A DNA stretch of 32,000 nt from Candidatus Thorarchaeota archaeon. Lineage in GTDB: Archaea > Asgardarchaeota > Thorarchaeia > Thorarchaeales > Thorarchaeaceae. A program made the position numbers and the translations under genes. The notes beneath the pieces were generated by a model. That model searched no databases. It was not told the DNA's origin and saw nothing but the letters and a program-made list of their open reading frames with translations. The DNA lies in the NCBI GenBank assembly GCA_003345555.1, contig PRDJ01000035.1:30001-62000 (forward strand), in the 5' to 3' direction. This document shows, in pieces, positions 1-8,648 of this stretch (positions are counted from its first letter, which is position 1; each line of letters begins with the position of its first letter).

Positions 1-1225
1 TGACAGTAGCTCCTCCCAGACCATCTGGAGCAAGCTCAAGATCGCTTTCCGGAGGCGCAATTGTAATATGAGGACCGGGCTTCTCGAACATGAGCTTGCC
101 AGTTAGGTTCCTCGAGGAGTTGTTGATCACAGTGATAGGTAAGGTAGTCTTCCCGGATTGTAGTACACGACATTCTCTCCATCTCGTCTGAATCTCGGCG
201 ACCGGCTTCACTCTCAGCCCCGTACGCAGCGTCGACTCCTGTCCGTTAATCTTCAACTTCGTAACAATCGAAGGCGCCTTGATGTACTGGCGGAATGCAG
301 GAGCATCCGGTGAAAGGTTGAAGGGAACGGACCATGTGAATGTTTTCTTGGCCTTTACTCGGGCGGTAGTCTGAGGGTTTGAGTCAAAATGCAGACTCTT
401 GAAGCCGTCCAAAGCAACGCTGAGGTCTATGTCCTTAGTTGTCCCGTTCTCGAACTTGAGTTCGTAGACCGAGGGGATTCCACAAAGGGTGAGATGTTGG
501 CTCACGAGTGCCTTCACCACAAGGCGGCCTTCGGCCGTCACTCGCTCTATGCCAGTGATAGCTCTAGCCAAACGATCTACAGTGACGTGCAGACTATTCT
601 TGCCGTTTTCGAAGCCATACGGGTAGATTGCCATTCCATGTTCTGTGTAGTCGTCTGGAGCTTGATTCAGCTCTCTTCGCTGCATGCCGTACCATGCACT
701 TCGGTCGGGGTTCGTGGTAAAGAAGGGAGTGCACAAGGGGTGTCGGAGAATCTCGGGAATATAGCTCTGCATTTCCACTCCCTGACCCTCCGGGTTCCAC
801 ATGAGACCCATCTTCTTGTAGAGCGGTACTGCTCTAAGGTTTCCTGCCCAGGTGTTCAGGTCGACTCTGGTATACCCTTTCTGTATGGCGATTTCAAAGC
901 ATTTCAGTAGAAGGTGCTTTCCCACTTTCTTGTTCAACGCTTCAGGGCTCACGCCCAGGGTTCCGACATAGGCAGCTTCGGTATCCCTCCAGTGTGAAAG
1001 AAGGGTCACTGACCCGACGGGGCGGTGGGTTGTCTTGTCAATTGCTATGAGAATCGCAAGAGCTCGCATTGACTCGTATTGCTTGACGACTCTTTGAGCT
1101 GTGAACGGCACTCCCTGAGTGAAGCCTCCCAGCCACAGCGGATCCCAGCTGTTATACATTTCCGCTAGCGATTCTGCGTCTTCAGGCCTGTATTCTCGAA
1201 TCTCTGTTGTTAGTTCCTCGGGCAT
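1..1225 (-). CDS. Large GNAT-family N-acetyltransferase with long beta-rich C-terminal extension (runs off left edge, partial)
   Basis: Not in the ORF track. Manual translation from ATG at 1225 is open to position 1 (408 codons): MPEELTTEIREYRPEDAESLAEMYNSW...AYVGTLGVSPEALNKKVGKHLL...RVDLNTWAGNLRAVPLYKKMG. Contains GNAT motif A (V.P....K.VG..LL) and motif B (N..A..LY.K.G). Confidence 0.85.
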   Translation of the reverse strand, partial: MPEELTTEIREYRPEDAESLAEMYNSWDPLWLGGFTQGVPFTAQRVVKQYESMRALAILIAIDKTTHRPVGSVTLLSHWRDTEAAYVGTLGVSPEALNKKVGKHLLLKCFEIAIQKGYTRVDLNTWAGNLRAVPLYKKMGLMWNPEGQGVEMQSYIPEILRHPLCTPFFTTNPDRSAWYGMQRRELNQAPDDYTEHGMAIYPYGFENGKNSLHVTVDRLARAITGIERVTAEGRLVVKALVSQHLTLCGIPSVYELKFENGTTKDIDLSVALDGFKSLHFDSNPQTTARVKAKKTFTWSVPFNLSPDAPAFRQYIKAPSIVTKLKINGQESTLRTGLRVKPVAEIQTRWRECRVLQSGKTTLPITVINNSSRNLTGKLMFEKPGPHITIAPPESDLELAPDGLGGATV

Positions 1226-1275
1226 TTATGAACCCACCTCTGTAGGATTATGATTTCCTGCCAATTGCACTCCCT

Positions 1276-1312
1276 CATATATGCGATTGGTAAGTTGCAA
1301 TCTGCAATCGCA
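1276..1312. promoter_or_regulatory. Putative operator/promoter in the divergent GNAT-kinase intergenic region
   Basis: CATATATG AT-rich box followed by the 8-bp inverted repeat TGCGATTG(1282-1289)/CAATCGCA(1305-1312) and tandem TGCAATC x2 (1296-1309). Confidence 0.3.
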
Positions 1313-1373
1313 AGAATGCTGACCATGACATCTGGGCAAAGGTTTTTTCCTTCTCCGACACCATTTCCGGCAA

Positions 1374-4340
1374 ATGACGGGCGAACCATTGACTGCACTG
1401 GTCTTAAGACGGTTCGCAAAGGAAGTCAGTGTCGTTGCTGTCATTGCAGCCGGATTCTATCTTGCTACTGTGTCTGCTTGGGATAGCTACCAAACGAACG
1501 TTGATTATCATGCCGTAGTGTCATTTCTCGCGATTTCGTGTGCGTCCGCCTCACTCTTCCAATCAAGGGAAAACCGCTCGCCTCTGACTGTTCTGTTGCT
1601 TTCGGCCTTTCTCTTCTCGGCCATTGTACACATGATTGGTTCCGCCGAGCATCTAGTTGGCGGCCCTTCTCTTATTCCGACTGAGACCCCCATAGACACT
1701 TGCCTCGAGTTGGTTGAGCTGGGCCTTTTTGGAATCACAATCCTTGCTGCTGTGGGTCTTGAACGCAGAGTCTCGGGAGCCTCCAGACATGCCCTCTACT
1801 CTCTTGCATTCTCGGTCACGTTTCTATCCTCTCTAGTGTTTACTGTGATCTGCTGGTTTGTTTGGTCTGGAGTTTGGCAAGTTCTCGTTGTGAGTTACTT
1901 GGCCGCACCGGTGGCTGTTATTACAATGACGCTATCTGGAGTGGTGCTCTTCAGGCGTGTCCCTTACCCGCATGTCACTGACAGATATCGCTTGTTTTTT
2001 GGTCCGGCTCTTTTTGCGCTTTCTGTGGTCCCGTTGATATTCTCGCTGGGGGAAGTAAGGGATCTGTGGGTCCTCTCAGCATTCCTGCAGATGGGCGCAT
2101 TCTTTATCCTATACTTGGCAATGGTGATGCCAGTTCTAAGGGGAATGAATCTTACACGGAGACGAGCCTATTCTATTGCCTACTCGATTTCACTTCTCGT
2201 AGTCGTGCCCTTCTTGGTAACGATATTAGTGATGGCACTTGCGCCAGGATGGACGTTGTTCGATTTTGGAGCATACGCGACATCGCAGATCGGAATTGCA
2301 GTAGTCTTTTGCGTGATGGCCCAACTCCTGTTGTTGTACTCAAGGAGGAGGCCGGATTGGGGCCATAATCCAATCATACTGCTTTTCCTTACCCAGGCGT
2401 TTGTTGAGTTAGTAGGGCTTCTGCTTACCGCAATCACGCCCATAGGAGCTACGTGGTCCTATGTGCCATACATTATAGGCAGTGGAACCGTAACAATCGG
2501 TCTCTTCTTAGCCATAAGGTGGACCACCAAGCCACCTGCACGAGAGAACCCAAGCGGTTCTTGGGTTCTTGCCTGTCTTGTACTAGTCATGCTCCTTTGC
2601 GCTATTGGAGCCGGAGTGGCATGGCTCGTTTTGATACCATATCCTTGGCTATCAGGTAGTCCCGTGGGGTCTGTGATTCTGCTGACCACGAACCTGGTCA
2701 ACGTCTTCGGATTCCTCTATCTCATCTTGATGCTACTAAAAACCTCAAAGACATTGTTTCCCGTGGAAACGAGAGCAGTCGGCTTCCTATCACTATGGAT
2801 TGGGCCGAACATTCTCAGGGCAACATTCCAGGCTTGGTCCGGGGGGTGGTGGGTTTCGGAGTTCATTCTGCTTCTGGGGATGCTAGCTGGTCCAGCCCTT
2901 CTCGGAGCGATGTACATGGAATCGTTTGCTCAGGCGGAAGAATCTCGAAAGAAGGCCACACTCTATGGGGACATACTGGTGCACGATATTGGCAACTATC
3001 ACCAAGCCATACTTAATGCTCTGGAGCTGCTTGAAACCCCAGGTCTTCCTTCGGACATCAGCGAACGGGCAAGGTCAGAAGCTCTTCTTGCCCTAGCTCA
3101 GGCCTCGCAGCTTGCTGGCAACGTGAGACAACTTGCAAGAGCCGATGTGTCTCGAAGAATGGAGCTGGCTCCTGTCGATCTAGTCAGTTGCATCACAGAC
3201 GCCATGAATCAGGCGGCGGCAAATGCTCCAGAACTGGAATCTCACCTTCTCTTCAATCACAATGAACGGTTCTTCGTTGATGCGAACAGCCTTCTCACGG
3301 ATTTGTTTGTCAATCTTTTCCGCAATGCAGCCCAGCATTCTCCCGCCCGAAAGCGAATCGATGTCGAAATTACGCCTACGGCTTTGCGGAGCAAGGATGC
3401 ATGGTCAGTTCGCATATGTGACTATGGCAGTGGTATAGATCCAGAAACAAAAAAGAGGCTATTCAGTCGGTTCATGGAAGGTGCATCCGGCACCGGTCTT
3501 GGCTTGTCAGTAGTGCGGACGCTGACAGAGTTGTTTGAAGGGCAAATCGTTGTAGAGGACAGGGTGCTTGGTTCATATCGAGAAGGATCCGTTTTCACCA
3601 TTACGTTGCCCGCCTCTGTTTCCGCGGCACTTCTCGGGATCAGCATGAGAGGTGGCCTCGAAAGAGCCATGCATGCGGCAATAACGGGACTGTACCCGAT
3701 CATAATTGTGGGGCAAACAAACCAGGTCCCGTTTGCGATTAGTTTCCTCAAAGAGATTGCGTCTCACTTGAAGGAAGTTCAAGCAGGTTACGAGAGCCCA
3801 CTTTCGACTCAATCTCTAGGCAAGTTTGAGATTACTGGTACGACGCAATTGGTGGACAGCAACCTTCCCTCTGCCTTCTTAGTCATTGACTTGACGAGAC
3901 AGCACAGTGAGGGTGGCGCAGCATGCAGGTATTTCTCTCGGATTCTCGAGAAGACACGAGTAGCATCTTATCGCTCTCTGCTGTCGATGATTGACAGAGA
4001 GATTCCTAAGATAGTGAATGCTGCAACGGAGCTTGCACGAATTCTCTCTCTTGACCGGGAGAGCCGCGATCCACATCTGGCCGTCTGGAAGGGCAAGTTT
4101 AACGATGACGAGAAGGATCTGGTCTATGATATCGTCTTAGGGCGAACACACTTAGGCCACGTTCTCAGAGAAGCCGTCAGACGCAATCCATCCTCGGTCG
4201 TAGCAGGCGCTGATGAACGGTTGATTCTTGTGGAAGGCAGAGTGCTGCCCCCTTCTGAGCTGGGACCAAATGAAGCAAGGGACATCGAGAAGAACCTGAC
4301 TGCCGTTCTTGGTATCATCGGGTCTGAAGTGCCTTCCTAG
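1374..4340 (+). CDS. Multi-pass membrane sensor histidine kinase (~16 TM, HisKA, HATPase_c) with C-terminal DENN/folliculin-like domain
   Basis: About 16 hydrophobic segments in the first ~520 aa. H-box LVHDIGNYHQ (His at 2982), N-box LFVNLFRNAAQH, G1 DYGSGI, F-box LFSRF, G2 GTGLGL, then ~230 aa extra domain. The kinase call is strong; the DENN call is inference. Confidence 0.9.
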   Translation: MTGEPLTALVLRRFAKEVSVVAVIAAGFYLATVSAWDSYQTNVDYHAVVSFLAISCASASLFQSRENRSPLTVLLLSAFLFSAIVHMIGSAEHLVGGPSLIPTETPIDTCLELVELGLFGITILAAVGLERRVSGASRHALYSLAFSVTFLSSLVFTVICWFVWSGVWQVLVVSYLAAPVAVITMTLSGVVLFRRVPYPHVTDRYRLFFGPALFALSVVPLIFSLGEVRDLWVLSAFLQMGAFFILYLAMVMPVLRGMNLTRRRAYSIAYSISLLVVVPFLVTILVMALAPGWTLFDFGAYATSQIGIAVVFCVMAQLLLLYSRRRPDWGHNPIILLFLTQAFVELVGLLLTAITPIGATWSYVPYIIGSGTVTIGLFLAIRWTTKPPARENPSGSWVLACLVLVMLLCAIGAGVAWLVLIPYPWLSGSPVGSVILLTTNLVNVFGFLYLILMLLKTSKTLFPVETRAVGFLSLWIGPNILRATFQAWSGGWWVSEFILLLGMLAGPALLGAMYMESFAQAEESRKKATLYGDILVHDIGNYHQAILNALELLETPGLPSDISERARSEALLALAQASQLAGNVRQLARADVSRRMELAPVDLVSCITDAMNQAAANAPELESHLLFNHNERFFVDANSLLTDLFVNLFRNAAQHSPARKRIDVEITPTALRSKDAWSVRICDYGSGIDPETKKRLFSRFMEGASGTGLGLSVVRTLTELFEGQIVVEDRVLGSYREGSVFTITLPASVSAALLGISMRGGLERAMHAAITGLYPIIIVGQTNQVPFAISFLKEIASHLKEVQAGYESPLSTQSLGKFEITGTTQLVDSNLPSAFLVIDLTRQHSEGGAACRYFSRILEKTRVASYRSLLSMIDREIPKIVNAATELARILSLDRESRDPHLAVWKGKFNDDEKDLVYDIVLGRTHLGHVLREAVRRNPSSVVAGADERLILVEGRVLPPSELGPNEARDIEKNLTAVLGIIGSEVPS

Positions 4341-4721
4341 TCGAGTACTCTCTGCCACCGGTCGAAAGAATGTGCACCGGACTCGGTTTCTTTTTCCACA
4401 ATCAGACAAAGAAAACGAGTGCACGTTTGGACTTCTTTGCAGCAAAGGCTGCTGTGACTCCGTGTCACTGGAAGCCACCGCAACCATTATTGGCATCGAG
4501 TGACATGAGCAATCCGCAACGTCCGCTCTTCTTTTCAAAAGATAGGACGGTCGTGGGGAAGTGATTCCACGTGACTTGGCCATCTCGGTGTTTGTCTGGT
4601 ATCGGCTCCGCCATCGGCAATGAGCAGTCTCCGAGCCGGGGGTACTGCCAAGGTAGGTTCACTTCGCTGCCATCAAGGGACAGCAACAGTTATTGACCCC
4701 AAGAACTGTCTCAGTTCAGAG

Positions 4722-7115
4722 ATGCCTGCGAAGAAGTACTACACAGCGTGCTCACTGAACTGCCCAGACATATGCGCGTTCGTGGTTCAAGTAGAGGGCG
4801 GTCGCATTGTCAGACTTGAGGGTGACAGGAACCATCCATACACATTGGGCAGATGCTGTCCAAAGGGTTATGCCCATGTGCTCAGAATGTATTCGCCCGA
4901 CAGGATATTGTACCCTCAGCGGCGTCAGGCTGACGGTACCTTCAAGAGAATCGCTTGGAATGATGCGCTCGACGAGATTGCTGTCGATATTGACGATGCT
5001 CGCAGGAAGTTCGGTGCGCAGTCTGTGGGCATATACTGCGGCTCGGGAAATGATGGGCTAGCCCCTAAGTATGCCAGCAGATTTGCGAACACGCTTGGCT
5101 GCAGAATGATTCCGGGGATTGTCGAAATCTGTTTCGAAGGTGCGTACGAGGGTGCTCGGTTCAATGTCGGCCCTTTTCCTCCTCACGAGCTAAGCGACTG
5201 GGCGAACTCGCGATGTATTGTGGTATGGGGTACGAACAAGTTCGAATCCAGCATTCACTCGAAGAGAGTCATCAAAGAAGCGACCGATCACGGCGCGAGA
5301 CTGATTGTCATAGACCCTCGCAAGACTCCACTCGCAAAGATAGCTGACATCTACACAACCATTAGACCAGGGACTGACGGAGCACTTGCTCTTGGAATTG
5401 CGAATGAGATAATCAAGAGAGACCTGTATGATCACGAGTTTGTCGATAGATACGTTGTCGGCTTCGAGGAGTACAAGCGCAGAGTGGCTGAATACGACAA
5501 GAGGACCGTGAGCGAGATAACTTGGGTGGATGCCAACACAATTGAAGCCATAGCTCACACATTTGCCGTTCACGGACCCGGTCTCTTAATGACAGCTCCT
5601 GCTGGGATGAATCACTATACGAATGGAACTTGGGCCGCGAGGGCAGTGCATAGTCTTCTTGCAATATGCGGCTACTTGGGTGTTTCAGGAGGCGGTTTTC
5701 AGTATCTCTCATCCGATCGCGGTCCCTTCCAAAGCTCTTCGATTACGCTTGCTGACATGCTTCCAAGTTCAGTCAGACCTGTTGTCGAGTCGGGAACGCA
5801 TATTCCGGAATACGTGCTGAGTCATGAGGAATCACCTCTCAAGGTGTTCATCATTCAGGCGGCAAGTCCTATTACTCAGTGGCCGAATACGAAGAAGACT
5901 AGGGCGGCACTTGAGCGAATTCCTCTCAAGGTCTGTATCGATATCGAGATGACCGACACAGCCCGGTTGTGTGACATCGTCCTCCCCGCGACAACATTGT
6001 TCGAACATCATAACTTAATGCACAGCGAACTTCACAGGATTGTCCAATATGCACCGAAGATTGTGGAGCCACCGGGCGAGGCAAGGCATGAGCTGGAAAT
6101 CTGGAAAGGAATCGCAGAGAAGCTCGGGCTTGGCAAGTTCTTCCGACTAACAGAGCTTGATGCGATAAAGCTTGCACTGGGAGGTCATGATTGTGAAGGG
6201 ATTACGCTCGATGAACTTAAGCGGCATCCGGGCGGCATGAGAACTAGGAGTCCGGCTATCCCATTCGCAGATCGCCACTTTCTCACGCCATCAGGCAAAG
6301 TCGAGCTGTATTCCAAAACGTTGGCGAATTTGGGCTATGACCCTTTGCCGTACCACCAGGAGCCAGCTGAAAGCCCTGTATCCACGCCTGAGATTTTCAG
6401 AAACTACCCACTAATCATGATTTCTGGTAGGCTACGGAACCGATTGCACTCACAGTACACTACCGTGGAAGTCGGAGCTGAGGCCAAGGCCTATTCTGAA
6501 TGTACAACTTGTCAGAAGTGTGTCAAAGACTGCAAGGACGAGGCAATATCCCTACAGTCACCCAGCATCGAGATGATTCGCCGGGTTTCTAGCGAGAATC
6601 CAGAGACGCGTGCCAAGATGCGTGAAAAGCTAAGTGAGAGTGTGAAAGGACTTGCCATCACTGGCTCAGAAATAGTGATAGCTATTCCCAACAGCATCAC
6701 TGGACTCCAAGTCCCCATATGGGACCCGGTCAAGTGCATAGGGTGCAGAGAGTGTAATCTGGACATCTGTCCTTTCAAGGTCGTGACGGAACCAATTAGA
6801 ATGCCCTCGATGCTCCAGACCCCTACGCATCGAACGTTCCTGAGGATGAACCCGGTTGCTGCAGAGCGGCTCGGCCTCTCTGATGGAGACTCAGTCCGCG
6901 TGGAATCCATCAGAGGGGCAATCGAGGGTATCCAGCTTGAATTGACAGAAGACATCGATTCCAGGGTCGTGTGGGCATCCGACGGTTGGTGGGAGAGAGA
7001 CGGCAACATTAACCTCCTGACCGATGACAAACACACGGCGTTCGGACACACGCCGGGCTTCAACTCGGTTCTTGTGCGAGTCTCTAGGGTCGAGCACGGT
7101 GCACGTCAGCTCTAG
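4722..7115 (+). CDS. Cytoplasmic molybdopterin (Mo/W-bisPGD, DMSO reductase family) oxidoreductase with inserted 2[4Fe-4S] ferredoxin
   Basis: N-terminal CSLNCPDIC...RCCPKG Fe-S motif; VVWGTN, VIDPRKT, PGTDGALA, DIVLPAT and RLHSQ...MNP.AA.RLGL..GD.V motifs. No Tat signal. Start placed at ATG 4722 (MPAKKYYTAC) rather than 4620, because the Fe-S motif normally lies a few residues from the N-terminus. Confidence 0.9.
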   Translation: MPAKKYYTACSLNCPDICAFVVQVEGGRIVRLEGDRNHPYTLGRCCPKGYAHVLRMYSPDRILYPQRRQADGTFKRIAWNDALDEIAVDIDDARRKFGAQSVGIYCGSGNDGLAPKYASRFANTLGCRMIPGIVEICFEGAYEGARFNVGPFPPHELSDWANSRCIVVWGTNKFESSIHSKRVIKEATDHGARLIVIDPRKTPLAKIADIYTTIRPGTDGALALGIANEIIKRDLYDHEFVDRYVVGFEEYKRRVAEYDKRTVSEITWVDANTIEAIAHTFAVHGPGLLMTAPAGMNHYTNGTWAARAVHSLLAICGYLGVSGGGFQYLSSDRGPFQSSSITLADMLPSSVRPVVESGTHIPEYVLSHEESPLKVFIIQAASPITQWPNTKKTRAALERIPLKVCIDIEMTDTARLCDIVLPATTLFEHHNLMHSELHRIVQYAPKIVEPPGEARHELEIWKGIAEKLGLGKFFRLTELDAIKLALGGHDCEGITLDELKRHPGGMRTRSPAIPFADRHFLTPSGKVELYSKTLANLGYDPLPYHQEPAESPVSTPEIFRNYPLIMISGRLRNRLHSQYTTVEVGAEAKAYSECTTCQKCVKDCKDEAISLQSPSIEMIRRVSSENPETRAKMREKLSESVKGLAITGSEIVIAIPNSITGLQVPIWDPVKCIGCRECNLDICPFKVVTEPIRMPSMLQTPTHRTFLRMNPVAAERLGLSDGDSVRVESIRGAIEGIQLELTEDIDSRVVWASDGWWERDGNINLLTDDKHTAFGHTPGFNSVLVRVSRVEHGARQL

Positions 7116-7145
7116 GCGCGCTCGACCTTGGCGCATTGGCAAATC

Positions 7146-8420
7146 CTATGACCAGAATGGAACTATGATGAACATGTAGACAGTTGCAGTTGCAAGGTGT
7201 ATCAGACCCACCGTCATAGCCAGCTTTATGAATTCGGCCCATGAAATATGACTCTCATTCTCCTCGGCCAATGAGACAACGTACATGTTGGGTGCATCAC
7301 CAAAGGGTATTGTATAACCTCCCATGTTCACACCGGCCACGAGTGATGTTGCGACAATGGGGCTTCCTCCAGGGAATTCCGCGGCCACCGGGGCCATCAA
7401 TGCACCAACTGCAGTCGTATCTAGGATCCCTATTGCAAAGCCTGGTACCCATATGAAGACGAAAGCAGCAATGTACATGTTGCCACCGACAAGAGCAACC
7501 AATCCACCCACTAGGTCGGTGACAACGTTCGTGACCGACAGAGACGCGACGAGACCCAGAAGCCCAACCACAAAGAAAACAGTTTCCCAAGATAACTGCT
7601 GAAGGAGGTCCTTCGCTCTGTCGAATGATATCACCAGCAGTGCGGAGGCAACAAGAACCGCGACCATGGCCGATTCATTCGGGACAAGGATAAGCCCTGC
7701 CATGAGAACGCCCAAGGTGAGTATCGAGAGGTAGAAGTCAAAGCGCGACTTGATCATTACTCTTGGGTCAACTTGGAAGAGTTCGCTTGTCTCGTCGAAC
7801 TTGCCCGGCACCAAGACATCCTTGTAGTAGTTTAGCAGAAACACAATTGTCACAAGCAATAGAATCACTGATAGAGGCATGAGGATGACGAACATTGACC
7901 CAACATCGAGATTGGCGAGGCGAACAATCAGTAAGTTCGGGATGCTACCAATAGGTGTCGGGAGGGAGCCTAGGTCTGCCACTATGATTTCTCCGATTAA
8001 GAATGGCCTGAAATCGATTCCGAGACCACGACAAATCTCAACCGTGAACGTGGCCATTATGATGATTGTCGGGAGAGGAGGAATGAAAGGTGACATGACA
8101 AAAACAATGGTCATGAACACGAGGAAGACTTTGCGAGGGTCGCCTCTCGTACGTTTCGCCAGAATAAGGGCCGTATACTGAAACATGCCGGAGGAACCCA
8201 CGACCGATATTATGATCATCATTGCCATGACAAACAGTATCGTATCCCAGTTCATGGCATTCAGCATCTCAACGAATCCATACCCACCCACTGCATACAA
8301 CACAGCCGCTGCGAGACCCATCGAGAAGAGCACTACTGCCGTGTCGTCGAATTTCTCGATTAACAGCACTACGAGTGTGACAATGAATATAATCAGACAA
8401 ATAATACCTGCAATCTCCAA
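7146..8420 (-). CDS. ArsB/NhaD (IT superfamily, P-protein/SLC13-like) anion permease, paralog 1
   Basis: ~11-12 TM; WDTILF..AMMIII...SSGMF, PIGSIPNLLI and PFGDAPN motifs. TTG start aligns with the N-terminus of paralog 2 (IAGIICLIIF). Confidence 0.85.
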   Translation of the reverse strand: MEIAGIICLIIFIVTLVVLLIEKFDDTAVVLFSMGLAAAVLYAVGGYGFVEMLNAMNWDTILFVMAMMIIISVVGSSGMFQYTALILAKRTRGDPRKVFLVFMTIVFVMSPFIPPLPTIIIMATFTVEICRGLGIDFRPFLIGEIIVADLGSLPTPIGSIPNLLIVRLANLDVGSMFVILMPLSVILLLVTIVFLLNYYKDVLVPGKFDETSELFQVDPRVMIKSRFDFYLSILTLGVLMAGLILVPNESAMVAVLVASALLVISFDRAKDLLQQLSWETVFFVVGLLGLVASLSVTNVVTDLVGGLVALVGGNMYIAAFVFIWVPGFAIGILDTTAVGALMAPVAAEFPGGSPIVATSLVAGVNMGGYTIPFGDAPNMYVVSLAEENESHISWAEFIKLAMTVGLIHLATATVYMFIIVPFWS

Positions 8421-8648
8421 GCAGAACGCGCTCCTTCGTGCGAGCCCGATGTGTCATCTTGGCGGCAAAGGTCCGCCTAGCGCACCTGAGCAACTGGATA
8501 ATAAGGTATTCTGTGTTGTCAGGCGATTCACCAGTTCTCAGACAGGCATTCAATGTAGCATCTGTGTTCGTCATTCATCTTGGAGTTCACTCGCTTGAGC
8601 AGGAATTCCAATGTGCCAGCATGATGAACATGTATCACCAATTGATTA

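Noticed and set aside
389-910. 173-aa plus-strand ORF and the many other long antisense or overlapping ORFs (for example 8716-9327, 6512-7063, 25277-25837, 17943-18473)
   Set aside because: They lie opposite or within well-supported genes, have no recognisable motifs, and are typical shadow ORFs at this GC content.
4341-4721. SRP RNA, RNase P RNA, tRNA or a small protein in the largest intergenic gap
   Set aside because: No SRP helix 8 motif, RNase P GAGGAAAGUCC motif or cloverleaf could be found, and the short ORFs (4309-4503, 4370-4564, 4465-4686) look non-coding.
4722-7115. Possible selenoprotein (Sec as Mo ligand, with a SECIS in nearby hairpins)
   Set aside because: There is no in-frame TGA, and the presumed ligand is encoded by TGT (Cys). 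TGA stops of other genes fall at natural C-termini.
8621-8634. Exact 14-bp repeat ATGATGAACATGTA at 7165-7178 (3' end of permease 1) and 8621-8634 (just past the stop of permease 2)
   Set aside because: Could be a duplication scar, but about one or two 14-mer matches are expected by chance in 32 kb, and the flanks do not extend the match.
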